Positions 12,150-25,999 of a stretch of DNA of 64,000 nucleotides are shown here, one piece after another. Position numbers and translations under genes: made by a program. Source of the stretch: Amphiscolops sp. MND2022 (Eukaryota); contig OZ076409.1 of NCBI GenBank assembly GCA_964187785.1, forward strand, positions 6,574,001 through 6,638,000. The letters run 5' to 3'. The notes below the pieces were generated by a model, which saw nothing but the letters and a program-made list of their open reading frames with translations, ran no database searches and was not told the origin of the DNA. The stretch's first letter is position 1; every line of letters begins with the position of its first letter.

Positions 12150-15100
12150 CACTGATAGCAATCTCCGTTCCCAGGGTGAACAGAGTTGTTTCTATTCAGC
12201 AATTCGTTGAGTACAATATTAGGATCTCTGTGTTGTTTTTTCCAGCACGTGTCACATTTTTTTTGTCATCGTAACCGAAATATTCTATTTCACTTTTTGA
12301 CACTCGCAGCCCCGCATTTGGGCCATATCTTGCAACAACTCATGGAACGTTCGCAGCTTGGTTCTATGAATAAAGTTAAAACTATGAGTGCATAAGTCAA
12401 AGCTGTTTTGTTTAACTTTGTTGGTGGCATAGTGTGTTGTATCTTTGCTATAATTTCAATGAACAGGAGAGAAAGTGGTCACTGTTTGTTGATTGTGTAA
12501 ACAACGTATATCGAAAGTTTGTAATCTCTGCCCCACTCAGGCATGTTTACCAAGGCTGAAGTTCATATGCCGTTTAAGGAGGTGAATCAACCATAACAAA
12601 AATCATTTTGCCGTTTTACAACCAGAACAATCAGTCCAAGGTGATTAAAAATGAAAGCTTCAAGCTACTTGACATTATTTTTTTGCTGGAATTGATCGAT
12701 GATCAAAACAAAGGATACGAGGGAAACACCACTCTACTTTCCAGAAACCAAAATCATTGTTTGAAGGTAATGAGTGCCAAGTTAACATTGCATAGCTAAC
12801 CTCATCAACTCTCTGGCACATTGGGCATTTGATTTCACCATGTATTTTTTCCCTTTCTTTTCAGCTAGAGGAGACAATTTTCATCAGATTTGGGTCCACA
12901 TAAACAATGTCCACAAGAGAGAATTCTTGAACTAATTCCAAAAGTTTTACTTTCATCAGTTTATACTCACTGATTGCTTTCTCCTTTTTTCTTCTGTGAT
13001 ATTTTTTCCAACAAATGTCACAGGACTCTTGGTTGTAATCATTGCAGAAATATTTTAATTCTTTATTGTTCGGCCATTTCTTCCAACAACTCATGGAACT
13101 TTCGCAGCTTGGTTCTACAAATAAAGTTAAAACTATGAGTGCATAAGTCAAAGCTGTTTTGTTTAACTTTGTTGGTGGCATAGTGTGTTGTATCTTTGCT
13201 ATAATTTCAATGAACAGGAGAGAAAGTGGTCACTGTTTGTTGATTGTGTAAACAACGTATATCGAAAGTTTGTAATCTCTGCCCCACTCAGGCATGTTTA
13301 CCAAGGCTGAAGTTCATATGCCGTTTAAGGAGGTGAATCAACCATAACAAAAATCATTTTGCCGTTTGACAACCAGAACAATCAGTCCAAGGTGATTAAA
13401 AATGAAAGCTTCAAGCTACTTGACATTATTTTTTTGCTGGAATTGATCGATGATCAAAACAAAGGATACGAGGGAAACACCACTCTACTTTCCAGAAACC
13501 AAAATCATTGTTTGAAGGTAATGAGTGCCAAGTTAACATTGCATAGCTAACCTCATCAACTCTCTGGCACATTGGGCATTTGATTTCACCATGTATTTTT
13601 TCCCTTTCTTTTCAGCTAGAGGAGACAATTTTCATCAGATTTGGGTCCACATAAACAATGTCCACAAGAGAGAATTCTTGAACTAGTTCCAAAAGTTTTA
13701 CTTTCATCAGTTTATACTCACTGATTGCTTTCTCCTTTTTTCTTCTGTGATATTTTTTCCAACAAATGTCACAGGACTCTTGGTTGTGATCATTGCAGAA
13801 ATATTTTAATTCTTTATTGTTCGGCCATTTCTTCCAACAACTCATGGAACTTTCGCAGCTTGGTTCTACAAATAAAGTTAAAACTATGAGTGCATAAGTC
13901 AAAGCTGTTTTGTTTAACTTTGTTGGTGGCATAGTGTGTTGTATCTTTGCTATAATTTCAATGAACAGGAGAGAAAGTGGTCACTGTTTGTTGATTGTGT
14001 AAACAACGTATATCGAAAGTTTGTAATCTCTGCCCCACTCAGGCATGTTTACCAAGGCTGAAGTTCATATGCCGTTTAAGGAGGTGAATCAACCATAACA
14101 AAAATCATTTTGCCGTTTTACAACCAGAACAATCAGTCCAAGGTGATTAAAAATGAAAGCTTCAAGCTACTTGACATTATTTTTTTGCTGGAATTGATCG
14201 ATGATCAAAACAAAGGATACGAGGGAAACACCACTCTACTTTCCAGAAACCAAAATCATTGTTTGAAGGTAATGAGTGCCAAGTTAACATTGCATAGCTA
14301 ACCTCATCAACTCTCTGGCACATTGGGCATTTGATTTCACCATGTATTTTTTCCCTTTCTTTTCAGCTAGAGGAGACAATTTTCATCAGATTTGGGTCCA
14401 CATAAACAATGTCCACAAGAGAGAATTCTTGAACTAGTTCCAAAAGTTTTACTTTCATCAGTTTATACTCACTGATTGCTTTCTCCTTTTTTCTTCTGTG
14501 ATATTTTTTCCAACAAATGTCACAGGACTCTTGGTTGTAATCATTGCAGAAATATTTTAATTCTTTATTGTTCGGCCATTTCTTCCAACAACTCATGGAA
14601 CTTTCGCAGCTTGGTTCTACAAATAAAGTTAAAACTATGAGTGCATAAGTCAAAGCTGTTTTGTTTAACTTTGTTGTTGGCATAGTGTGTTGTATCTTTG
14701 CTATAATTTCAATGAACAGGAGAGAAAGTGGTCACTGTTTGTTGATTGTGTAAACAACGTATATCGAAAGTTTGTAATCTCTGCCCCACTCAGGCATGTT
14801 AACCAAGGCTGAAGTTCATATACCGTTTAAGGAGGCGAATCAACCGTAACAACAATCATTTTGCCGTTTTACAACCAAAACAATCAGTCCAAGGTCATTA
14901 AAAATGAAAGCTTCAAGCTACTTGACATTATTTTCTTGCTGTAATTGATCGATGATCGAAACCAAAGGATACGAGGGAAACACCACTCTACTTTCGAGAA
15001 ACCAAAATCATTAATGTTTGAAGGTAATGAGTGCCAAGTTAACATTGCATAGCTAACCTCATCAACTCTCTGGCACATTGGGCATTTGATTTCACCATGT

Positions 15101-18100
15101 ATTTTTCCCTTTCTTTTCAGCTAGAGGAGACAATTTTCATCAGATTTGGGTCCACATAAACAATGTCCACAAGAGAGAATTCTTGAACTAATTCCAAAAG
15201 TTTTACTTTCATCAGTTTATACTCACTGATTGCTTTCTCCTTTTTTCTTCTGTGATATTTTTTCCAACAAATGTCACAGGACTCTTGGTTGTAATCATTG
15301 CAGAAATATTTTAATTCTTTATTGTTCGGCCATTTCTTCCAACAACTCATGGAACTTTCGCAGCTTGGTTCTACAAATAAAGTTAAAACTATGAGTGCAT
15401 AAGTCAAAGCTGTTTTGTTTAACTTTGTTGGTGGCATAGTGTGTTGTATCTTTGCTATAATTTCAATGAACAGGAGAGAAAGTGGTCACTGTTTGTTGAT
15501 TGTGTAAACAACGTATATCGAAAGTTTGTAATCTCTGCCCCACTCAGGCATGTTTACCAAGGCTGAAGTTCATATGCCGTTTAAGGAGGTGAATCAACCA
15601 TAACAAAAATCATTTTGCCGTTTTACAACCAGAACAATCAGTCCAAGGTGATTAAAAATGAAAGCTTCAAGCTACTTGACATTATTTTTTTGCTGGAATT
15701 GATCGATGATCAAAACAAAGGATACGAGGGAAACACCACTCTACTTTCCAGAAACCAAAATCATTGTTTGAAGGTAATGAGTGCCAAGTTAACATTGCAT
15801 AGCTAACCTCATCAACTCTCTGGCACATTGGGCATTTGATTTCACCATGTATTTTTTCCCTTTCTTTTCAGCTAGAGGAGACAATTTTCATCAGATTTGG
15901 GTCCACATAAACAATGTCCACAAGAGAGAATTCTTGAACTAATTCCAAAAGTTTTACTTTCATCAGTTTATACTCACTGATTGCTTTCTCCTTTTTTTCT
16001 TCTGTGATATTTTTTCCAACAAATGTCACAGGACTCTTGGTTGTAATCATTGCAGAAATATTTTAATTCTTTATTGTTCGGCCATTTCTTCCAACAACTC
16101 ATGGAACTTTCGCAGCTTGGTTCTACAAATAAAGTTAAAACTATGAGTGCATAAGTCAAAGCTGTTTTGTTTAACTTTGTTGGTGGCATAGTGTGTTGTA
16201 TCTTTGCTATAATTTCAATGAACAGGAGAGAAAGTGGTCACTGTTTGTTGATTGTGTAAACAACGTATATCGAAAGTTTGTAATCTCTGCCCCACTCAGG
16301 CATGTTTACCAAGGCTGAAGTTCATATGCCGTTTAAGGAGGCGAATCAACCATAACAAAAATCATTTTGCCGTTTTACAACCAGAACAATCAGTCCAAGG
16401 TGATTAAAAATGAAAGCTTCAAGCTACTTGACATTATTTTTTTGCTGGAATTGATCGATGATCAAAACAAAGGATACGAGGGAAACACCACTCTACTTTC
16501 CAGAAACCAAAATCATTGTTTGAAGGTAATGAGTGCCAAGTTAACATTGCATAGCTAACCTCATCAACTCTCTGGCACATTGGGCATTTGATTTCACCAT
16601 GTATTTTTTCCCTTTCTTTTCAGCTAGAGGAGACAATTTTCATCAGATTTGGGTCCACATAAACAATGTCCACAAGAGAGAATTCTTGAACTAATTCCAA
16701 AAGTTTTACTTTCATCAGTTTATACTCACTGATTGCTTTCTCCTTTTTTTCTTCTGTGATATTTTTTCCAACAAATGTCACAGGACTCTTGGTTGTAATC
16801 ATTGCAGAAATATTTTAATTCTTTATTGTTCGGCCATTTCTTCCAACAACTCATGGAACTTTCGCAGCTTGGTTCTACAAATAAAGTTAAAACTATGAGT
16901 GTATAAGTCAAAGCTGTTTTGTTCAACTTTGTTGGTGGCATAGTGTGTTGTATCTTTGCTATAATTTCAATGAACAGGAGAGAAAGTGGTCACTGTTTGT
17001 TGATTGTGTAAACAACGTATATCGAAAGTTTGTAATCTCTGCCCCACTCAGGCATGTTAACCAAGGCTGAAGTTCATATACCGTTTAAGGAGGCGAATCA
17101 ACCATAACAAAAATCATTTTGCCGTTTTACAACCAAAACAATCAGTCCAAGGTGATTAAAAATGAAAGCTTCAAGCTACTTGACATTATTTTCTTGCTGT
17201 AATTGATCGATGATCGAAACCAAAGGATACGAGGGAAACACCACTCTACTTTCGAGAAACCAAAATCATTAATGTTTGAAGGTAATGAGTGCCAAGTTAA
17301 CATTGCATAGCTAACCTCATCAACTCTCTGGCACATTGGGCATTTGATTTCACCAATTTTTGATTTCACCAAGGTATTTTTCCCTTTCTTTTCAGCTAGA
17401 GGAGACAATTTTCATCAGATTTGGGTCCACACAAACAATATCCACGAGAGAATTCTTGAACAAATTCAAAAAGTTTTACTTTCATCAGTTTATACTCACT
17501 GATAGTTTTCTCCGTTCCCAGGGTGAACAAAGTTGTTCCCACTTGGCAATTTCGATGAGTTCGATTTCATGATCTCTATGCTGATTTTTTTTCCAACACA
17601 TGTCACAGAACTCTTGATTGTCATCACACCAGAAGTATTTCAGCTCAATATTGTTTGGCCTAATCTTCCATACAACTCATGGAACTTTCGCCGCTTGGAT
17701 ACACTCAGCAACTTCGATTCGTTCGATTTTATGATCTCTGTGATGATTTTTCCAACAAATTTCACAGAACTCTTGGTTGTAATCATTGCAGAAATATTTT
17801 AGTTCACTATTGTTCGGCCATTTCTTCCAACAACTCATGGAACTTCGCAGCTTGGTTCTACAATTAAAGTTGAATGCATAAGTCAAAGCTGTTTTGTTTA
17901 ACTTTGTTGGTGGCTTTGTGTTTTGTATTTTTGCTATACTTTCAATGAACAGGAGAGAAAGTGGTCACTGTTTGTTGATTGTGTAAACAACGTATATCGA
18001 AAGTTTATGTAATCTCTGCCCCACTCAGGCATGTTAACCAAGGCTGAAGTTCATGTACCGTTTAAGGGGGCGAATCAACCATAACAAAAATCATTTTGCC

Positions 18101-21100
18101 GTTTTACAACCAAAACAATCAGTCCAAGGTGATTAAAAATGAAAGCTTCAAGCTACTTGGCTTTTTTCTTGCTGGAATTGATCGATGATCTAAACAAAGG
18201 ATACGAGGGAAACACCACTCTACTTTCCAGAAACCAAAATCATCAATGTTTGAAGGTAATGAGTGCTAAGTTATTATTGCATAGCTAACCTCATCAAGTC
18301 TCTGGCACATTGGGCATTTGATTTCACCAGGTATTTTTCCCTTTCTTTTCAGCTAGAGAACACAACTTTCATCAGATTTGGGTCCACATAAACAATGTCC
18401 ACAAGAGAGAATTTTCGAACAAATTCAAAAAGTTTTACTTTCATCAGTTTATACTCACTGATAGCTTTCTCCGTTCCCAGGGTGAACAAAGTTGTTCCCA
18501 CTTAGCAATTTCGATGAGTTCGATTTCATGATCTCTATGCTGATTTTTCCAACACGTGTCACAGAACTCTTGATTGTCATCACAGCAGAAGTATTTCAGC
18601 TCAATATTGTTTGGCCTAATCTTCCATACAACTCATGGAACTTTCGCCGCTTGGATACACTCAGCAACTTTGATTCGTTCGATTTTTTGATCCGTGATGA
18701 TTTTTCCAACAAATTTCACAGAACTCTTGGTTGTAATCATTGCAGAAATATTTTAGTTCACTATTGTTCGGCCATTTCTTCCAACAACTCATGGAACTTT
18801 CGCAGCTTGGTTCTACAAATAAAGTTAAAATTATGAGTGCATAAGTCAAAGCTGTTTTGCTTAACTTTGTTGGTGGCATAGTGTTTCGTATCTTTGCTAT
18901 ACTTTCAATGAACAGGAGAGAGTGGTCACCGTTCGTGGATTGTTTAAGCAACGTATATCGAAAGTTTATGTAATCTCTGCCCCACTCAGGCATGTTTACC
19001 CAGGCTGAAGTTCATATGCCGTTTAAGGAGGCGAATCAACCATAACAAAAATCATTTTGCCGTTTTACAACCAAAACAATCAGTCCAGGGTGATTAAAAA
19101 TGAATTCAAGCTACTTGGCATTATTTTCTTGCTGGAATTGATCGATGATCGAAACAAAGGATACGAGGGAAACACCACTCTACTTTCCAGAAAGCAAAAT
19201 CATCAATGTTTGAAGGTAATGAGTGCCAAGTTAACATTGCATAGCTAACCTCATCAAGTCTCTGGCACATTGGGCATTTGATTTCCCCAGGTATTTTTTC
19301 CCTTTCTTTTCAGCTGGAGGAGACAATTTTCATCAGATTTGGGTCCACATAAACAATTTCCACAAGAGAGAATTTTCGAACAAATTCAAAAAGTTTTACT
19401 TTCATCAGTTTATACTCACTGATATTTTTCTCCGTTCCCAAGATGAACAAAGTTGTTCCCACTTAGCAATTTCGATGAGTTCGCTTTCATGATCTCTATG
19501 CTGATTTTTCCAACACATGGCACAGAACTCTTGATTGTCATCACAGCAGAAGTATTTTAGCTCAATTTCGTTTGGCCATATCTTCCATACAACTCATGGA
19601 ACTTTCGCAGCTTGGATACACTCAGCAACTTCGATTCGTTCGATTTTATGATCTATCTCTGTGATAATTTTTCCAACAAATGTCACAGAACTTTTGGTTG
19701 TAATCATTGCAGAAATTTTTTAGTTCACTATTGTTCGGCCATTTCTTCCATACAACTCATGGAACTTTCGCAGCTTGGTTCTACAAATATAGTTAAAATT
19801 ATGAGTGCATAAGTCAAAGCTGCTTTGCTTAACTTTGTTGGTGGCATAGTGTTTCGTATCTTTGCTATACTTTCAATGAACGGGAGAGAGTGGTCACCGT
19901 TTGTTGATTGTTTAAACAACGTATATCGAAAGTTTATGTAATCTCTGCCCCACTCAGGCATGTTTACCAAGGCTGAAGTTCATATGCCGTTTGAGGCGAA
20001 TCAACTATAACAAAAATCATTTTGCTGTTTTACAACCAAAACAATCAGTCCAGGGTGATTAAAAATGAAAGCTTCAAGCTACTTGGCATTATTTTCTTGC
20101 TGGAATTGATCGATGATCGAAACAAAGGATACGAGGGAAACACCACTCTATTTTCCAGAAAGCAAAATCATCAATGTTTGAAGGTAATGAGTGCCAAGTT
20201 AACATTGCATAGCTAACCTCATCAAGTCTCTGGCACATTAGGCATTTGATTTCACCAGGTATTTTCTCCCTTTCTTTTCAGCTGGAGGAGACAATTTCCA
20301 TCAGATTTGGGTCCACATAAACAATTTCCACAAGAGAGAATTTTCGAACAAATTCAAAAAGTTTTACTTTCATCAGTTTATACTCACTGATATTTTTCTC
20401 CGTTCCCAGGGTGAACAAAGTAGTTCCCACTTAGCAATTTCGATGAGTTCGATTTCATGATCTCTATGCTGATTTTTCCAACACATGTCACAGAACTCTT
20501 GATTGCCATCACAGCAGAAGTATTTTAGCTCAATTTCGTTTGGCCATATCTTCCATACAACTCATGGAACTTTCGCAGCATGGATACACTCAGCAACTTC
20601 GATTCGTTCGATTTTATGATCTCTGTGATGATTTTTCCAACACATGTCACAGAACTCTTGATTGTCATCAAAACAGAAGTATTTCAGCTCAATATTGTTT
20701 TGCCTAATCTTCCATACAACTCATGGAACTTTCACAGCTTGGATACACTCAGCAACTTCGATTCGTTCGATTTTATGATCTATCTCTGTGATGATTTTTC
20801 CAACAAATGTCACAGAACTCTTGGTTGTAATCATTGCAGAAATATTTTAGTTCACTATTCTTCGGCCATTTCTTCCAACAACTCATGGAACTTTCGCAGC
20901 TTGGTTCTACAAATAAAGTTAAAATGTGAGTGCATAAGTCAAAGCTGTTTTGCTTAACTTTGTTGGTGGCATAGTGTTTTGTATCTTGGCTATACTTTCA
21001 ATGAACAGGAGAGAGTGGTCACTGTTTGTTGATTGTGTAAATAACGTATATCGAAAGTTTATGTAATCTCTGCCCCACTCAGGCATGTTTACCAAGGCTG

Positions 21101-21800
21101 AAGTTCATATGCCGTTTAAGGAGGTGAATCAACCATAACAAAAATCATTTTGCCGTTTTACAACCAAAACAATCAGTCCAATGTGATTGAAAATGAAAGC
21201 TTCAAGAAACTTGACATTATTTTCTTGCTGGCATTGATCGATGATCAAAACAAAGGATACGAGGGAAACACCACTCTACTTTCCAGAAACCAAAATCATC
21301 AATGTTTGAAGGTAATGACTGCCAAGTTAACATTGCATAGCTAACCTCATGAACTCTCTGGCACATTGGGCATTTGATTTCACCAGGTGTTTTTTCCCTT
21401 TCTTTTCAGCTGGAGGAGACAACTTTCATCAGATTTAGGTCCACACAAACAATGTCCACAAGGGAGAATTCTTGAACAAATTTAAAAAGTTTCACTTTCG
21501 TCAGTTTATAATCACTGATAGCATTCTCAGTTCCCAGGGTGAACACATTTGCTTCCACTTAGCAATTTCGAAGAATTTGATTCTATGATCTCTGTGCTGG
21601 TTTTTCCAACGAATGTCACAGAACTCTTGATTGTCATCATAGCAGAAGTATTTTAGCTCACTATTGAGACGCCTGCAGAGACGCGTTTTGGCCATTTCTT
21701 CCAGCATCTACTCATATCCTTAAGATGTAACTTGCCCAGCTTGGATCTACGAATAAAACTAAAACTATGAATGCATAAATCAAAGTTGTTTAATTTGTAG
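12150..21800 (-). repeat. Tandem array of about 11-12 units (about 751-754 bp proximally, about 960-1130 bp distally) derived from a decayed coding region
   Basis: Near-identical ORFs recur at 12608, 13359, 14110, 15615, 16367, 19057, 20022 and 21150; one further copy at ~23460-24200. Confidence 0.95.
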
Positions 21801-22649
21801 GTGGTACACTTTATTCACTTTTTGTTCCTATGTTTTCATTAGAGAATAGGGAAAATGGAGACTATTTGGCAATTGTGTAAAAATCGTAAATTGAAAATTC
21901 GTGTCTGCTCTACTCCACACTGGCAAGTCATGTTTGATTGCCGGTGAAGAGGTGGCCTAACAATAAAAAAATCGTTTTCTACACAGTTGAAAATTCGTGT
22001 ATCCTCTACCCCACACAGGCAAGTTATGTTTGATTGCCGTTGAAGAGGTGGCATAACGATAACAAAAAATCGTTTTCTACACTCAGTTGAATAGCTATGA
22101 CAAAAAAATGTTGCACGTAAATTACTGTACGAAAAGACGTCAAAGTAAATACTGATCGAAACGTTTCTGATCGCTGCATTGACGTGACCTCAAGAGAAAA
22201 GACAAGATAGACTGATAAGTGTTCAATTTCAGTTTTAAGCGTGCTGAAGGAGCAAGTGAGATTAGTAAACACATTTCAGCAATATAAACTGCAGTGGTAG
22301 ACGTTAAGATTGAGAACTAGGAAAAGAAACAGTGACACATCAATAACTTCTTTCAGAGGCACATTATTTTACTGATATTTTGTTGAACAGTTTGTGAACC
22401 ACTGCAGACTGTAGGTAACAATAAATTACATTTTGATGTGTTTTTGGTACCTTCTTCGTATTGTTATTTGTAAGTAACAATGAGTGAAACTAACCAGTTG
22501 AAAGAACGGAAAACGCTTAGATCATGAGAAGCACCAGGAGAGCAATTGAAATCAAAAAATGATGAAAACAGCAGTAAAAATGGCAACTTGGCGGTTGGGT
22601 GATCCGATTAACATTGGCCGTTTCAAGTGATTTTGACCTTAACAGTTAC

Positions 22650-24752
22650 CCTTAACTAGTAGACTGATGAAACAGCCTTTTGCATTGGGAATAGGGATGT
22701 GGACTATGCGCGGGTTGTTCAATTGGCACAGCCTTGGGGAATCTCAGTGCCACTACAGCGTTTGGCAGAGGTTGGATAATTGATTCTGTAGAAATGACAT
22801 GATATTCGTGCACTTCGACGAAACTTTCGTTCTCCAATTTTGACGGCTTGAACCATCCGATTACTCGAAATCCTTTACGGCAGTTTGACGTACTTGACAC
22901 AGAAGGGTTCTGAATCCCATCCACAAATGCTCCATCAGTTCTAAACTCAACCAAATTGAACGCTGCTTCGTTTTGTGGCCTCACACTCACAATAATGTTG
23001 TGGTTCACAGAGAGTGTTGTGGTTCACAGTAATATTTTTGGCGAACTTCACTGAAACGAAAGACTTCTGGTGAGAAGTTCTTAAGAAAGTTGAGGACACT
23101 GAACCAAAGCTCGCAGATCCCTTTCCTTCAATCCACTCTTCAACAAACACACAACGTTTCTTTAACTGTTTGTCCATCACAGAAATTTCCGCTGCACAAG
23201 TAAACAGTAGAAATGATGTTTTTTAAAGTAGATATGATGTATTTTAATTGCCGTTCATCAGTAACAAAGTGGAAACTTTTATTATCGGTTTCGTTTTCGA
23301 TGCCGAACGCTTGCATTTCGTTGAACGATAAATTCATTTGAGAATTCGGTACTGGGATAAGTGGTTCAGTAGTAGATATCAAAAGGTTTTGGGAGTCAAT
23401 CATGGTCTCTTTAATTCGGAGTTCAATTAGTTCCACTATTTTTCCCGGATAAGTTTCGGGGTGATATCTTCATATGCCGTTTAAGGAGGCGAATCAACCA
23501 TAACAAAAAATCATTTTGCCGTGTTACAACCAAAACAATCAGTCCAAGGTGATTAAAAATGAAAGCTTCAAGAAACCTGACATTATCTTGCTGGAATTGA
23601 TCGATGATCAAAACAAAGGATACGAGGGAAACACCATTCTACTTTCCAGAAACCAAAATCGTCAATGTTTGAAGGTAATGAGCGCCAGGTTAACATTGCA
23701 TAGCTAACCTCATGAACTCTCGGGCACATTGGGCATTTGATTTCACCAGGTATTTTTCCTTCTTTTCAGCTAGAGAATAAAATTTCTTAGTTTTAGGGTC
23801 CACACAAACAATGTCCACAAGGGAGAATTCTTGAGAACAAAATTTTAAAAGTTTCACTTTCATCAGTTTTTACTCACTGATAGCATTCTCAGTTCCCAAG
23901 GTTAACACAGTTGCTCCCACTTAGCAATTTCGAAGTTCGAATTTATCATCTCTGTGCTGGTTTTTCCAACAATTGTCACAGAATTCTTGATTGTCATCAT
24001 AGCAGAAGTATTTTAGCTCACTATTGAGACGCCTGCAGAGACGCATTTCGGCCGTATCTTCCAACATCTACTCGTATCCTTAAGATGTAACTTGCCCAGC
24101 TTGGATCTACGAAAAAACTAAAAATTTGAATGCCTAAATCAAAGCTGTTTAATTTGTAGGTGGTACATATTACTCGCTTTTTGTTCCTATATTTTCATTA
24201 GTGAGTAGGGAAAATGGAGACTATTTGGCAATTGTGTAAAAATCGTAAATTGAAACTTCGTGTATCCTCTACCCCACACAGGCAAGTTATGTTTGATTGC
24301 CGTTGAAGAGGTGGCATAACGATAACAAAAAATCGTTTTCTACACACAGTTGAAAATTCGTGTATCCTCTACCCCACACAGGCAAGTTATGTTACTACGG
24401 TTCAGTAGTAGATATCAGGTTTTGGGAGTCAATCATGGTCTCTTTAATTCGGGGTTCCATTAGTTCCACTATTTTTCCCGGATAAGTTTCGGGGTGATAT
24501 CTTGTTACGATCCTACTCTTTCTCGCTAGAGGTAATGAGCGCCACTACCTTGTTGCTTCTTGGGTCTCCAAAAAGAAAGAACCGGTCGTCGTTTATTTGG
24601 TGGAGCTTGTTTTTAGACAGCATACTCTGACGACCGGACGTTGCTTGTTTGAACTTCAGTGGCTCAACTGCGTGTTTCCCATGTGAATTTACTAAAAACA
24701 ACCTTTTATCTTCGCAGTCGGATGCAAAATCGGAGTTTATTTTTAAATTCAT
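22650..24752 (-). pseudogene. Decayed Cys-rich ORF of a mobile element; likely source of the tandem array
   Basis: Chain of frameshifted minus-strand ORF fragments (24752, 23611, 23436, 23180, 23008) that includes one array unit. Confidence 0.4.
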
Positions 24753-25208
24753 CTGCCAAGGTCTCTAGCAGAAACAGGATTGAGGGAGCTTGCGAATGCG
24801 GTGTTCTTTTTAGGTGAGAATCTATTTTTGTTCGGGTTAGTTCCTAAACACAGAAATGTTGGAAAAAGTAATAACAGAAAAGAAAAATATTTTCTTGTAA
24901 AATAATAATTTGACACCTCTAGAAGAATACAAAAGTGTGGCGTTGTAACAAAAAGAGGAGAGATTTGATATTGTCAAAGAAGGGAGTGAGGTTTGAGGTG
25001 ACATGGAGATACGAAAAACGAATCACAGATAAAAAAAGTCGCAATCTTTGTTGAAGGGAATATCGAAAAATTACTGTAATCTCCGCTGATGTTGGAACTA
25101 AATAACTTTTGAAGTAGAGTTCGTTTCGTTAATTTCCGGCGACAATTATAGTTAATATTTAGGGGGAAATGGAGAGGTATGTGTTGTGGAAATGATGGAT
25201 GATTATCT

Positions 25209-25595
25209 AACAAGACGCCCGCTAAGCACCGGGATATTTTCCTCCCTTTTCGCCTTCATCACTTGAGCCATAGCTATTTTGGGAGAAGAATAGGATCTAA
25301 ATGATAAGATCTAAAATTTATTGATTTTAGATCTTATTCCCTTTAGATCTTAATCCCATTTTTACTTTAGATCTTTTTCCATCAGATTTTATACTCGTCC
25401 TGAAATTTTAGATGTTGTTCGCTTTGGATCTTATTTCCTTTTTTGACTTTAGTTCTTATTCCTCCCTCCTACTAAAATAGTCCCTCCTACGGTGGTGAGT
25501 CAAGTGATGGAGCGTGGAGATTTGGCAGAATTTGGAAAAAAACGCAACACAGATGATGAGTTTCCTCCCCAATGAAAATGTGGGTCGGAAAATAA
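25209..25595. mobile_element. HINE-like family 2 copy
   Basis: aacaagacgcccgctaagcaccggg ... gggtcggaaaataa, with internal agatct microrepeats. Confidence 0.6.
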
Positions 25596-25999
25596 TAAAA
25601 CAAGTTAGATTATTAGCCAATCTGCAAAATGCATCAGTAAATGATGCAGCAAACCTTCCGCAGGTTTATTAGCCCGCACTGTGTCCAAAAAGGCAAGTGT
25701 AAACAAGTACAGCAAAAAACATGGAAGCCAGGAATTTTGTTTAATTCGTAAATTCAATGTGTAGGGATCACAACATATATTTATTTTGATATTTTCAATT
25801 ATTTGTTTCAAGTTTTTGCAAAACTTTTCCTGCCCACTTTTAATAGTAGAGCTAGGGTTCACATCTGACATTGTATCGGAATGGATGCAGACCACTTTTT
25901 TAGTAGAGCCATAAACATATGAGGTACAGTCCACTTTCATAGAGCCAGAAACATGTAACTTTGGTTTTTGAACGCAATGGACGAACAGATCAAGTACTT

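Noticed and set aside
12608..21344. Many near-identical 60-125 aa ORFs as a small-protein gene cluster
   Set aside because: They are by-products of the tandem array inside an intron, occur on both strands and are broken by frameshifts in several units
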